A DNA stretch of 63,501 bases, counting the filler, from Corallochytrium limacisporum Hawaii (taxonomy: Eukaryota; Protista; Pluriformea), in the NCBI GenBank assembly GCA_002811645.1. It is 8 parts of 8 records of this genome, joined end to end, with 100 filler letters (N's around TTAATTAATTAA, not from the genome) between each part and the next. Parts side by side here need not be neighbours in the genome. Positions count along the whole stretch, not along the records: positions 15,866 to 23,118 come from PDIP01000204.1; positions 23,219 to 31,910 come from PDIP01000080.1; positions 32,011 to 50,434 come from PDIP01000058.1; 5 more parts are not named here. One strand, given 5' to 3'. The position numbers were made by a program, and so were the translations under genes. The stretch's first letter is position 1. Every line of letters begins with the position of its first letter. Under the pieces are notes generated by a model, which was not told the DNA's origin, did not search any database, and was given only the letters and a program-made list of their open reading frames with translations. Shown piece after piece: positions 21,888 through 33,018 of the stretch.

Positions 21888-22784
21888 CTACTTGCCATCC
21901 GTACCACTAGCATCTCCACCCTTCTTGGCGTGGATGGCAAACTCATCCTTGAGCTGGTAGAAACCGCGGTGCTCGCCCGTGTTTGGCACAAAGGCCCATT
22001 TCTTGAGGACGTCTTTGACCTTGGATTTGTTCTGGTCGATGCGATCGGCCAGTGCGGGCAGAGACCAGTGCTGAGACACCGAAAAAGCCTCGAGAATGGC
22101 GCGATTGAGCTCCTCCTCGGACATCTTGACCTTCTTGTTCTTGATGTTCTCCTCCTTGTGCTTGCGGTACTGTGCCATGACCGCCTCCTGCTTCTGTCCG
22201 AGCGACTCGTCCTTGATCTCCTGTTCGGCATCAATCTCTTCAATTTCACCAATCTTAGCCCGTTTCTGCTGCAGTTTGGTGCGGAAACCTACGTAGTTGC
22301 GGTACTTTTCAATCTGTGGCTTGCTTTTGCGCTTGGGGCGGGCGCTAATCCATCGTCCGACGTTGCCCTGGACAGAGTTCTTGGCTTCCCTGGAGGGAAT
22401 GCTAAAAAGGTACGCCGGGCGTGATTGTGGTCCAAAAACCATGTCGTATTCTAGCGGAATATTGTCACCCAGATCCTCAGCATACTCTCTGCGGTAGTTG
22501 TACCGTTCCTGCGACTCATCGTACTCTGTCTTGAGGGGATCGACCAGGTCCGGATCCTCCCGCACGCGGACATTCAATGTCATCATGGGTTCCCGACCAC
22601 TGGGGGGCCTCTTGTGCATGATCAGCTCACCGAGCTGGGCATTTTCTGGACATGACCGTACGTAATCATGCAGTTCATCGCTGACCTCGACCAGCCAAAC
22701 TGATCGTCGGGCAAAGTCCTCTTTGAGAATGATCTGGTCCAACTCTTCCAGAGGAAGCTTTTCTTCGTCCCCGTTGGTAGTCAT
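21888..22784 (-). CDS. GTF2F2: Transcription factor TFIIF beta subunit (RAP30/Tfg2)
   Basis: N-terminal VWLVEV; C-terminal winged helix ILEAF..HWSL..L...DQ..GEHRGFYQLKDEF. Confidence 0.85.
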   Translation of the reverse strand: MTTNGDEEKLPLEELDQIILKEDFARRSVWLVEVSDELHDYVRSCPENAQLGELIMHKRPPSGREPMMTLNVRVREDPDLVDPLKTEYDESQERYNYRREYAEDLGDNIPLEYDMVFGPQSRPAYLFSIPSREAKNSVQGNVGRWISARPKRKSKPQIEKYRNYVGFRTKLQQKRAKIGEIEEIDAEQEIKDESLGQKQEAVMAQYRKHKEENIKNKKVKMSEEELNRAILEAFSVSQHWSLPALADRIDQNKSKVKDVLKKWAFVPNTGEHRGFYQLKDEFAIHAKKGGDASGTDGK

Positions 22785-23118
22785 AGTTGTGACTGCGTCC
22801 TTTTTCACTTTTTTAGATTATCTATAGTGTAGTCCTATTTGTGCAATCAGGCTTTCTTCGCTCCAGCCTTTATCCTCCCAATGTCAAAGTATGACGTTCA
22901 CTTACCCACTTAAAGCCATGTTAACACGAACGGGTTAAAAATCACCGTACCGCCTTCGTTTCTAATTTTACTTTTTGCTAACCATGTACAGTCACATAAC
23001 CTCTCTATCAAATCATGTTTCTTCAAATACCGCCATGAACGCACTCTGGAGCACTCCCAGACCAGCGAGACCTGTGCCCTTGCCTCTGGCCCAGACTGGC
23101 CCCCCCCCCCCCCCCCCC

Positions 23119-23218
23119 NNNNNNNNNNNNNNNNNNNNNNNNNNNNNNNNNNNNNNNNNNNNTTAATTAATTAANNNNNNNNNNNNNNNNNNNNNNNNNN
23201 NNNNNNNNNNNNNNNNNN
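23119..23218. other. Artificial contig linker
   Basis: 44N-TTAATTAATTAA-44N. Confidence 0.98.
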
Positions 23219-23230
23219 AACCCTAACCCT
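23219..23230 (+). repeat. Telomeric repeat at contig start
   Basis: AACCCTAACCCT. Confidence 0.75.
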
Positions 23231-23376
23231 ATTACTACACGATTCATTATACTTAGCTACTTAGCACATCCTACATTCCCCAGACCATTGTTCTCATCAG
23301 ATAGAGGGGCATGCACATGTCCATTGACCATGGCGACAAGAGCAGTAATGCCAATGAGAACGTTGAAGTTGACCAT
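23231..23376 (-). pseudogene. Truncated secreted Cys-rich gene with an 8-bp duplication, ending at the telomeric repeat
   Basis: Signal peptide MVNFNVLIGITALVAMVNG; removing one TACTTAGC copy (23250-23265) restores ...GCAKYNESCSN, which runs into TTAGGG. Confidence 0.65.
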
Positions 23377-23463
23377 CTTGAAAATAGTTGACATTACTTG
23401 AATAATGCAATGTATTCTTATGGCTACCGGTGGATAAACATTTGTCTTACTTATTCGCAGAAT

Positions 23464-23473
23464 CTTAAATACC
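23464..23473 (-). promoter_or_regulatory. GGTATTTAAG core-promoter motif
   Basis: About 88 bp upstream of ATG 23376. Confidence 0.55.
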
Positions 23474-24673
23474 TTTTGTTCCACAGTTTTGCAATGATAC
23501 TTTGTGTACACCCAGTAATAATTTTTTTGCGACTGTTTTTCCATGTTACCATTTTGATGAAGAAGAACGACTGCGTCTACGTGACCGACTGCTGTCTCCC
23601 GAAGAACCCCCGGGCCAGGGGGTTAGTACCCCTGCACGAAGGTGGACATAGAGAAGTTCTTTCCCCTACCCGATCTATAGAAACGTCTGGTGTGGTGGAC
23701 CTGTGCAGATCCCGCGCCATAGCTCTTGCTCGCCGCTTTTATTGAATAGAGAATAGTGTTGCGACTGGGCTGGTTCAGTTTGAGCACGCTGGCAATGGCT
23801 GGCGACACACGGAATTGTGCGGGTCCGCTTGCCACTAGCTTGGCTGAAGCACTGGTCCTAGTGCAATGTGTCACCAAGGATCTAAGTTGTCGGCTGTATC
23901 TATTCTTTAATTTGGGTATTTCCATTACACATATTACGTGGGCTGTGGGCAGGACGATCGTACTGTCGTCTATCTGTGAACAATCTGGCCTACCAGAAAA
24001 AAAAATGGAGCGAACACAAATGTCGGGTTTGGAAGTCTTGATGGCCAACCAGTTACTAATATTTCGTGTCGCTGCTGTAAGCACCCAAAATTCGTGATCG
24101 CTATGGCCTGAACTCTCTCAATGTCTATCGTGGTTGTATATCCAACTTTCTGTCAATATTTCGGTGCATACCTATGGTACGTTTGGGTCAACCCTTATCT
24201 GACTCACTTACATAGTATTAGCTACCCTGTACCCCATATATTAGCAATCTTACTTTGTCAATACACCCTGGCAGTTTCTTGCAGATTTGTTGTCTATATA
24301 GCATTTCAGCTGAAACGACCAGGGGCCGCAACCGCTGTAATGGTGCGTTTTGTGATGCCCCACGATACAATTCAAGATTGTATCCAATTTACGCTTTGTT
24401 CCCACTCTTCCCTTCCCTTCCCCTCCCTGGCTCTTGTACTTTTAGTTGGAAATTACAACGGATCCCCTCAACAGCAATGCCTCTTTGCAAGAATGTCCGT
24501 GTGTATGTTTTCTTGTGCACGCGCATATCCTTACCCTTCGTTAGGACGACTCGATCGAACACGGAATGGAGGGCTCTCTGCACAAAAGCACCACTGTCGG
24601 GAGGTTAGTTGCAATACCTACTTTCTATTGGGTTGGACTGTCCGCCGCGTTAAGGGAGTGAAGGCTCTGCTCT

Positions 24674-24730
24674 ATAGGTGGTACCATAGAGCACAATTTG
24701 TCACGCAGTTAGATTTATGGTACCACCTAT
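24674..24730. repeat. Perfect 15-bp inverted repeat with 27-bp spacer
   Basis: ATAGGTGGTACCATA ... TATGGTACCACCTAT. Confidence 0.85.
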
Positions 24731-25049
24731 CTAAGGTAAAATGCATAGCTATCCTCGGCTAAATTTGGCAAAACCCCAGCGACACATAATAAGCACGCGA
24801 CAGCCACTTTAGCATGAATGACCCTGCAACCCCATATTCAAGGATGGTGAGAAACAGGACCTCGGTCTGGGAGATCTTTCGACCTCGCGCAATCCTAAAA
24901 GTGGCGTACATCAGACGAACTGGGTAAATGTACAGCTTAGTAATTCAAAAGCTTATGTGCTTATTGTTATAGCATGATCGTAAAATGGATTGGAGTTGTC
25001 GTTTTCAAGCTCTTGTGCTAGGCCTTCGCAGTGGAACGCGCGGAGGTAC

Positions 25050-25170
25050 ACATCTTTGCATTCTTGGGGTATAACTCTTGCTTACCTTGTTCTCAACGCT
25101 GGCTTGTTTCGCGCGAATCAAGTGCTGAACCACTGCGGTATGGCCATTCTGTGTGGAAGGTAATGGTGAT
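25050..25170 (-). pseudogene. Ankyrin-repeat gene remnant
   Basis: QNGHTAVVQHLIRAKQASVENKVSKSYTP matches the ankyrin pattern. Confidence 0.55.
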
Positions 25171-25370
25171 GTCGTGATCAGCGATTTCAGTATCGATGGT
25201 TTCCGCCCTGCTGAATGGCAGTCCTGATTTAAGGTTCTTTTGGGCATCGATGCTTACCCCGACTGAAATTTTTCACTCGTTCGCTTGACAGCCCGTCGTC
25301 ATGGCGCCTCATACTTCATGATCCATCTTCAAAAACCGGGAATTTTTTATGTGAGATCTTTGAAATTACA

Positions 25371-25453
25371 GCAGGGGCATGAGGTCCAGTTAGTCGAAAT
25401 TGCCAATTTGCTGTAGGAGCATGAGGTCCAGCGAGCTGAAATTGCCGATTTCT
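25371..25453 (+). repeat. Two diverged 42-bp tandem units, possibly a decayed coiled-coil coding repeat
   Basis: gcaggggcatgaggtccag..gaaattgccaattt versus gtaggagcatgaggtccag..gaaattgccgattt. Confidence 0.7.
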
Positions 25454-25796
25454 AAGGCACTGTGCATGTCATGAAAGACGACACTGGTGATTTACGACAG
25501 GAAATGCGACGAGAAACTGGATTCCTGAGGCAGAGTGCCTTCACTGCAACATCGGTTCGAGGGGCACGCACAGTATTCAAAAAACAGTTTGAAATCACAA
25601 AACAGATTTTATTTGGTTGCATGTATAACGGGAATGGTGGGGAAAGGGAATACAAAATCAGAATCGCCCTCCCTATATTACGATATGGTTGTCGGTAGAT
25701 TCCTCCCTAATACGGGTCAGAGGCTGGTAACCATATACTTTTTTGGGTACAAGCACTGGTGGAATTTCTGAATAGCATATGATTTGCTGTAAATTG

Positions 25797-26234
25797 TTAT
25801 TCACAAACCTTCCACTTAGGGGGATCGATGGTGGACTTGCAACGGTCAGTGCAAACACCGGAAGACCCTGCAGCTGGAGCACACCATCCTCCACGGCACT
25901 GGTAGTCGTAGGTACAGTCTGTGCCGTCAGGTTGAGCTGGTGAGCCATCCCCGACGAGGTCGGGAGCACAGTAGCCTTGCTCACAGGTGCGAGTAAAGCA
26001 GTCTTCGTTGACCTCACAAGGTTCGTTCATGGACGAGGGGTTTGTGTTGAAGTTGAACAATTCGCACATACCGGTTTCCCTTTGGGCACAGGCGCGGGTA
26101 TAAGGGCCGTGAGGGCCTTCACCTTCGCAGCACTCAGCATTAATACTGCATGTAGCAGGCTGCTGGCACTTCAGGGGAGAGGCAGTTGTCATGCCGATAA
26201 TAGTAGCAATGGTGATGAGAGTCAGGTTCTTCAT
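25797..26234 (-). CDS. Small secreted cysteine-rich protein (145 aa)
   Basis: Signal peptide MKNLTLITIATIIGMTTA; repeated C-x5-C-x4-C and CC modules. Confidence 0.8.
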   Translation of the reverse strand: MKNLTLITIATIIGMTTASPLKCQQPATCSINAECCEGEGPHGPYTRACAQRETGMCELFNFNTNPSSMNEPCEVNEDCFTRTCEQGYCAPDLVGDGSPAQPDGTDCTYDYQCRGGWCAPAAGSSGVCTDRCKSTIDPPKWKVCE

Positions 26235-26359
26235 GTTGCCAAAGGATCGGGGCTGCTGATCGTTTCAAAAGATGTTGAATGGGTGAACTTGTGTTTAGCT
26301 TTAAACATTTGGATACTTTTCTCATGGTGGAGGCGGGCCTCATTATGTGCCAAGACTGT

Positions 26360-26369
26360 CTTAAATACC
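26360..26369 (-). promoter_or_regulatory. GGTATTTAAG core-promoter motif
   Basis: About 126 bp upstream of ATG 26234. Confidence 0.5.
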
Positions 26370-28613
26370 TGTTGCTGATAATGATCGATATCTATGCTAG
26401 AGCACCCAATCGAGTGTAAGCGACATGTTGGCGCTTCCGGTGCGTTGACGGGAGTACTCCGTGGATCAGCAAGGGATACACATAGCCGTCGTACAATCGG
26501 ATGGGAAAGGTGTTTGTAAATTGCTAACCTGTGATTGTTCCCATCTGACTCAAGCTGACCCCACGCTTGTGCTATAGTGAACAAAGCGGGACCCAAAGAT
26601 CACCCACCATTCAAGGCTGGAAACTAGGAAATCCATAGCAGAAAGCTACCTTAACACCGGGCCTAGAAAGGCATTTGGGTTTTTTCCAGTGCCGATCCTC
26701 CGAACCTTGGTAGACAAACTTACTCTCACCACACTGGCTTATGCCACAATAGTTTCCACATTTGGAACCTCTCCTCAGGTGACTCTTGCATCATGTAAAC
26801 CCAAAAAAAGACCCCCACCAAATACTGCTTTGCTCGACCTGGTCTCCTACAGCGATGTTTCCCACCGCAAACGCTAAACGCGACCCCTAACACTTTTTGC
26901 TTCTCTGTGGCGACACAATTTGTGACTAATGCACCAGACAAGCGACTGATTCACCGAGTACTTTAGCCGCTTATTGCTGCCAACTCACGGTGGATCAACC
27001 GGGTACCTTAACTCCAACCCCCTGTGGTGGTAGTACCGAAATATGCCAAGAAAAATGTTCGTCGGCTATAAAATACTGCCACTGCTGTACCCGTATCAAT
27101 GTACCAATACAACTTCGAAGCTGTCCACTTTTCTGTAATGACACAAATTTGTGTCTCATAATACCGTTCTACCTAGTGTATTAGTACCGCCCTCAACCCC
27201 CCAGCACCAGACGACGGCGACTGACTTATCAGGTGCATTAGCCACATTACGTCTGCCAACCTCACGATGAAACAACCTTGCCTGAACTTTTCGTACCACA
27301 ACACCACGTTACTTCGTCTCGACACATCTGGCACATCCTTACTTACCCGCTGACTCTCCCAAATTAGGCGCTGTGAAACCAAAATACTTAGTTTTCCTTC
27401 TTAGAATGCGGTCGAATCCCTAATCGATCAAGATAAAGAATGAAAGTGCCGTCACTGAGTGGGACTCGAATGGGTACGTCTAAAAATTTACAACTTGTGT
27501 CTCATGATTCCTAGTACACTGATACCGCCTTCAACAGAGTCCAAGCGCCAGACGAGCAACTGATTTGCACCAGAGCTATTTACACACTAGGGTGCCCTGT
27601 AGAAAGTACCGCGATGTTTGGGTGTTGCTCAAGAGTTTGGCAGTCGAAACCCTAGTCGGCTGTGCCTGAGGATGAAAGGGCCGTCACTGACTAGGGAATA
27701 ATTGCAGTACATCTCAAACAAATCATTCACAGTGTGATATTGGTTCGCGGTGTTCATAGTGCATGATAAGGTGTGTATCTCCCACAAACTACTTAATCAC
27801 TGCTGAAGACGTAGTGGGGCAGTATCATAGTAGGACCAGGATTACCATCGTAATGGAACCACGAGGACTTCCGCATCCATTTGCTTTTCGTTACCATACC
27901 ATTTCGTGTATGCCCGCTCTGTCACACCTCTGCGGAAGAGTCTGTTAATAGGCGAATCATTGAAATTGTGAGCTCTCGCACGTTGTTGGCGATTTTCCTG
28001 GGTTGTGCGACCGACACCACTACGAACATTTTTCTCCCTCCCTCGTGTACGGGTCCAGTGTATCGAAGGGAGTTTTGGGCAGAGGACTGTCGGGGCCTTT
28101 AGCGTATTTTGCACACCCCATCCCGGGCACCGCGGATAGCTTGTGAATGGATCCTGGGACACATGCGCGCAAACTTGCTTGCATAGTTACTGGGGTTGTT
28201 GCTGGTTTCCTGAGCACTGAGTGTTGCTCAGTCTGTAGAATGGTGTACCCGAGATTCTTTGTCTACCTACAGGTTGCACGAAATATTGATCAGAAGCAAG
28301 GTTGGCAGCGCCGCCAGTTAGCTCTCCAAATGTGGTAAAGGCGGCGAGGATTCAGCAGTCGCCTCGGATCTTTCAAAGTGCAGTAGTGTATGATGGAAGT
28401 GGTCATGGGGTTTAGTCAAGAACTCACATACTCCATGTGACTGAGAAGTATTTGGTGCTAAAGAAAAGAAAGTTAAAAACGTGGAAGTGGTCTCGAAATA
28501 TCCTATGTAATCATTTGATTTCATACGTTTCCGTGGGCCTTCGTCATCGACAACCCTTCTCTTTCACAATTTGAGATAACGACCAAAACAGGGTTTCGTC
28601 CGTGCAATCTGAC

Positions 28614-29153
28614 TTATTGGAAAACTTGGATGACGTCGCGTTCGCGGATCTCTGGGCATGTCTTGTTTTCATTATAGTAATCAGAATCGCACACAGACAG
28701 GGCGACGTGCTTGGTATGCTGCCTACCGAGCTCATCGCGGCCTGTAACCACACTGGAAATGACAGTCACATAGTCAGAGTCAGAGTGAGGGTGGACTTCG
28801 TATCCGTGGTCCTTGGTGAAGTTGGGAACACAGATCATCTGGTCGTCGTCCCAGGAGTAGGTCATTTTGAATGTACTTCCGTGCTTATGTCCGGTCGGGG
28901 TAATGGTCACAGTGGCGTGGTGTTCTGGGCAAAAGTTATCGTTTCCCACAACTGTGAGCCAGGCATAGTTGTGCGCGGGGACAGCAAAAGGGAACGAATT
29001 GTCAGAGAACAAGGAGTCAGTGTTAGTAGTGATTTCCCAGTCTTGCTCGATGTAGTTGCCAAGCAAAACGTAGGTTCCCCAGCTGGCGCCCTGTTGAGGA
29101 TACTGGGGCACCACAGGAGTAGTAGGAAATTCGATAGGTGCAACGGGAGACAT
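28614..29153 (-). CDS. Hypothetical protein (179 aa); probable paralog of 1210-1755
   Basis: Natural amino acid composition; motif spacing aligns with the 1210 protein; no obvious signal peptide. Confidence 0.72.
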   Translation of the reverse strand: MSPVAPIEFPTTPVVPQYPQQGASWGTYVLLGNYIEQDWEITTNTDSLFSDNSFPFAVPAHNYAWLTVVGNDNFCPEHHATVTITPTGHKHGSTFKMTYSWDDDQMICVPNFTKDHGYEVHPHSDSDYVTVISSVVTGRDELGRQHTKHVALSVCDSDYYNENKTCPEIRERDVIQVFQ

Positions 29154-29238
29154 GATGATTTTCTTTAAGTATTTTCTTATCTTGAAAGAATTCTTTGTCT
29201 CTCTGCCATTGTCTTCTTTTCTGTGTGGATCAGGGATC

Positions 29239-29248
29239 CTTAAATACC
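29239..29248 (-). promoter_or_regulatory. GGTATTTAAG core-promoter motif
   Basis: About 86 bp upstream of ATG 29153. Confidence 0.55.
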
Positions 29249-31910
29249 CTTCAGCTCTTTGTGATGCTTGTGCATGGCGGAGAAAAGGATTGCAGTATTA
29301 GAAAATCAGAAATTGTTTCACTAAGTGCTATTACATGTTGAGATGTCCCAATATGAAGCGTTTATTCGCTTTCTGATTGCAATGTATTGTCCATAGACTA
29401 TATCCAGCTGCCAGCTTTTGGCTTTCTCAGAGTGCGATGCGGGATGTGACAGACCCTCTGTTCTGTGAAGGGAGTCTGGTACCTGAAGGTCACCTGTACA
29501 CGTCACATAAAGTGTGAAACAGCAAGTGAACTCCTCTCTTGCCATGAGCTACGATGTCTCAAATGTATGGTATCAACCCGCGCAGAACCGGAGACCGTGG
29601 AGCAGGAGAATGGTGACTCTGTTCAGATTCTACATAACGGTCACACCCGACTGCGCCGTAATGGACACGGTGGAGAATTAGGGGGGGTTGACTCCGTGCT
29701 TCGCCTACGCACAGGACCCGCAAGATGCAAAAATTGTTTGCCACGGATATATTGCCGATGTATTGATCGTTGCTTAACATACGAAGTCTTGCGCACCACA
29801 CCTCTCACCCGCGCAGTATTTTAAAATTCCTGGTAAGCTTAAAGGACAGGCCCACTTTGGTTGCAAACCGAAAATTACCAACGTCGCTGGAGACTGCGGA
29901 TAGCCTGAAAATGCTTGCTCTGGGGGCGGGAGGGCACTGAAAGAGTTTGGGGTTTGGGACGGGAATTTGTTTTTTTCTAAGTCTGCGAAAATTGTCGCCC
30001 ATTGTCGCCCAACCTTAGCCAAAGTCGAAGGGCGGGGAACTGCCACACTAAACCCGCTACCTGACAAAAGCTGTCTGTTCACTGTCGATTGGCGGGTGTA
30101 GATTAGTCCGTACCGCGGCAATGTGCGTACACATCCATGGCTCCTGAAAACACTCAAAGCAGCTAAGGATTTGATAGCATGCAAACCTTCGTCTTCAAAT
30201 CATGAGGGTTTGTCAGACGACCGTGGCGAAGGAGATGCTTCCAGACAGCGAACCCCCATGGTCTACCGAGGCTATCAGAGGTGCGCAGATTGTTCTCGCC
30301 TTCGAAAGGGGCCCAATAGTGACAAATAACCCTTCCTTTTTGGGAAGGAATTTTGGACGTTTCTGGCTCCCTTTGTAGATGGCACTGGAATGTGCCACAG
30401 TGAAGCGCACAACAGCAGTAGCATCTTTTTGACACACATGTAGTGAATGTGGCTGTGCCTAGGCCACGGTCTCTGTTTCACTTGAAGACACGTCTGTGCT
30501 CACTCTTCCCGCCCCCACCTTTGAGGGGGGGTGTCCAGCTGCAACAGTGGGGGTTAACCACGAGGACCCGGGCACAGATCGCGCCGTCTCTTTGGCTAGC
30601 TCGTGGCCACACTGTTACCAATTCACCTTCCTGAAGCCAGTAGACAGGATTGTGTGTTTGTTAGGATTTTAAACGAGGGCTAGTAATATGTTTCTCTGAG
30701 CAAACAACATGCTAATTCTGTATTAAATAGCAGGCTGAGTATACCAATGTACTCACAGTGAAGAGCTGCACGCGAGGGTCCACAAGAGCATCGGTCTCTC
30801 GTCGCTGCGCTTGCGATCCCCACGCATGTGAGCCCGCTTAGTGATGCTTTTGGGGATTGACGGGGTTAAGGCTGCGAATTAGTGAATCTATGCCTCAGCG
30901 AATAGTAGAGCTCGGGGAATGAGTGGTGAAGATGAGTTTTTATGGTATTTCAGGAATCAATATGACACCATCACCCCTCGGGGTCCCCAAGTACCGCAGT
31001 CATATTGCATGAGTTTGGACAAACTTAGCACCAACTTGGTATCAGATTTGTCATGACATAGATCAACCGTAGCTGTGAGCATTCTATTTCACCACTTCAT
31101 AGAACCAAGTCGAATGTAAAGTCACCGTTCGCAGTACACAGTGATAGAAAGTTGCAGATGTGGTCTGCGGTCACTCTGTGAAGATGACGAAGGATTCAAA
31201 GTAGAATGCAAAGAACTGGGACAACGCTAAAGAGAGTTGCTTCCGAAATCCACAAGCACTGCTTGCAACAAGTATCCCATGTGCCGGCCATAGTACACTG
31301 ACGTAATTTCTGATAGTCCGCACCTTAAGTTTGACAGCCTGTCTCCGTCCATCGAGGGGTGGATGAGAGATACCCAATTGCAAGGCGTCACTTAGGAATT
31401 CCCGCTCTGCTGGCGCGCATCTTAGTTGGGGCACCAGGAGAACTGCCCCGTCCCCCGTCCCCCACGGGCCCAACCGGCCCCTTGGGGAGGGGGGGTCGCG
31501 CATAATGGACGAGGCGGACACATCTTAGGCATTGTCCACGTCGACAGTACGACTGGACAAACTTAGTAACCCCTACAACCTTAAACACTACCAACCTCTG
31601 CCCCATAAGTTAAGGAGGAATTTAGGTTTATAGGGTCGCAACCTTCTTTGAATCAAATAAATCGTATCACATTTGATTTCTTCCCCTTCCCGCCCTTTTC
31701 CCGCACCCTCTTCACTCGTCCTTTTTGACGACCAGTCGTTGTGGTACTTCAGATGGCGTAATCCATCATCGAAAAAAGGGAATCTTTGACGTGACATCTT
31801 TGAATTTGGGAAGAGAATCATGAGAAAACGAGCGAATTCATTGAAATGTGATGATTGCTCATGACTCATACAGCTGTGTTTGAAAGCGATCGGATGGATG
31901 GGTCACCATC

Positions 31911-32010
31911 NNNNNNNNNNNNNNNNNNNNNNNNNNNNNNNNNNNNNNNNNNNNTTAATTAATTAANNNNNNNNNNNNNNNNNNNNNNNNNNNNNNNNNN
32001 NNNNNNNNNN
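31911..32010. other. Artificial contig linker
   Basis: 44N-TTAATTAATTAA-44N. Confidence 0.98.
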
Positions 32011-32056
32011 TAACCCGGACCCGGACCCGGACCCGGACCCTAACCTGGACCTGGAA
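32011..32056 (+). repeat. Variant telomere-like hexamer array at contig start
   Basis: taa(cccgga)4 ccctaa cctgga cctgga. Confidence 0.7.
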
Positions 32057-33018
32057 CTCGATTTCTCCACGCTTTTTCGTCCGAATAGGACATTGTTTAG
32101 GCTAAATCCCCAAACCCTTTTTCTCTTGACCACCACAGACATTAAACTAGTACCACCTTAGGTGGTACAGATTATAGATCTCGCGGACATGCGGTGAATC
32201 CGGGGGAAAGGGGAGGGGAGGGACCTCCCGACTGCAGTGTCGTCGTCGTTTTGTGTCCTCATCCTTGTGTACATCACATTTAAACATCAAGAGGTGATCA
32301 CGGAAAACCTAAACCATGTTGTTTTCACATCCAGTCGGAAGTGGGACGAGGGAATAGAGATGCGAGGAAAGCAGTGGGTGGTGCCCGCAGGCAATGTTGT
32401 GTTTGTACACCCGGATGATACATGATGTGCAGTGCGACAGGCCATGTACACTTTAATCCATGCAGCAGTAGTCATCTAAACCACTGAAAAACGATCACAA
32501 TTGCTTTCACATGGTCCAGAGGTAATACCAACAGTGGTTTCTTTGAGTGTGCCCTTAGTGAACACTGTTGGGGTCTCAGAAAGGAGGCATTCTATAGGGG
32601 TCCGCCCGTTTGGAGCTTGACTATGGCAACAGGAAATATTGAGCGAGGCAACAGGAAATTTCCAAGCCATCGTCTACTCCTAATAAAATTACAAAAGTTT
32701 GCTTGCATTGAACCTGGTTCATTGAATGAGATGGTCGATCAATAGAGAGGTTTGGCGTAGTTCGGCATATTATATGTCCTACCCATAACCTTCCAGAAAC
32801 CCCTAACCCCAAACCAGATCCTTGTTTCTGTCGGATTCAACGAGATCCCATTAAAGTATTTCAGTTCAGAGTATACATTGTACAAACATATTACTTAGCA
32901 GAAAATCATCAGCATGTAGTATCGGACTAGGTTGGATTTTAATTGACATGTGGAGTTGCTTTGTACTACATGGCCTATTCTTCGACTGCTATAGGCAACC
33001 TTTCTCTGGTCGGGAGAG

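Noticed and set aside
23623-24762. 153-aa and 213-aa ORFs
   Set aside because: No motifs and atypical composition; not called.
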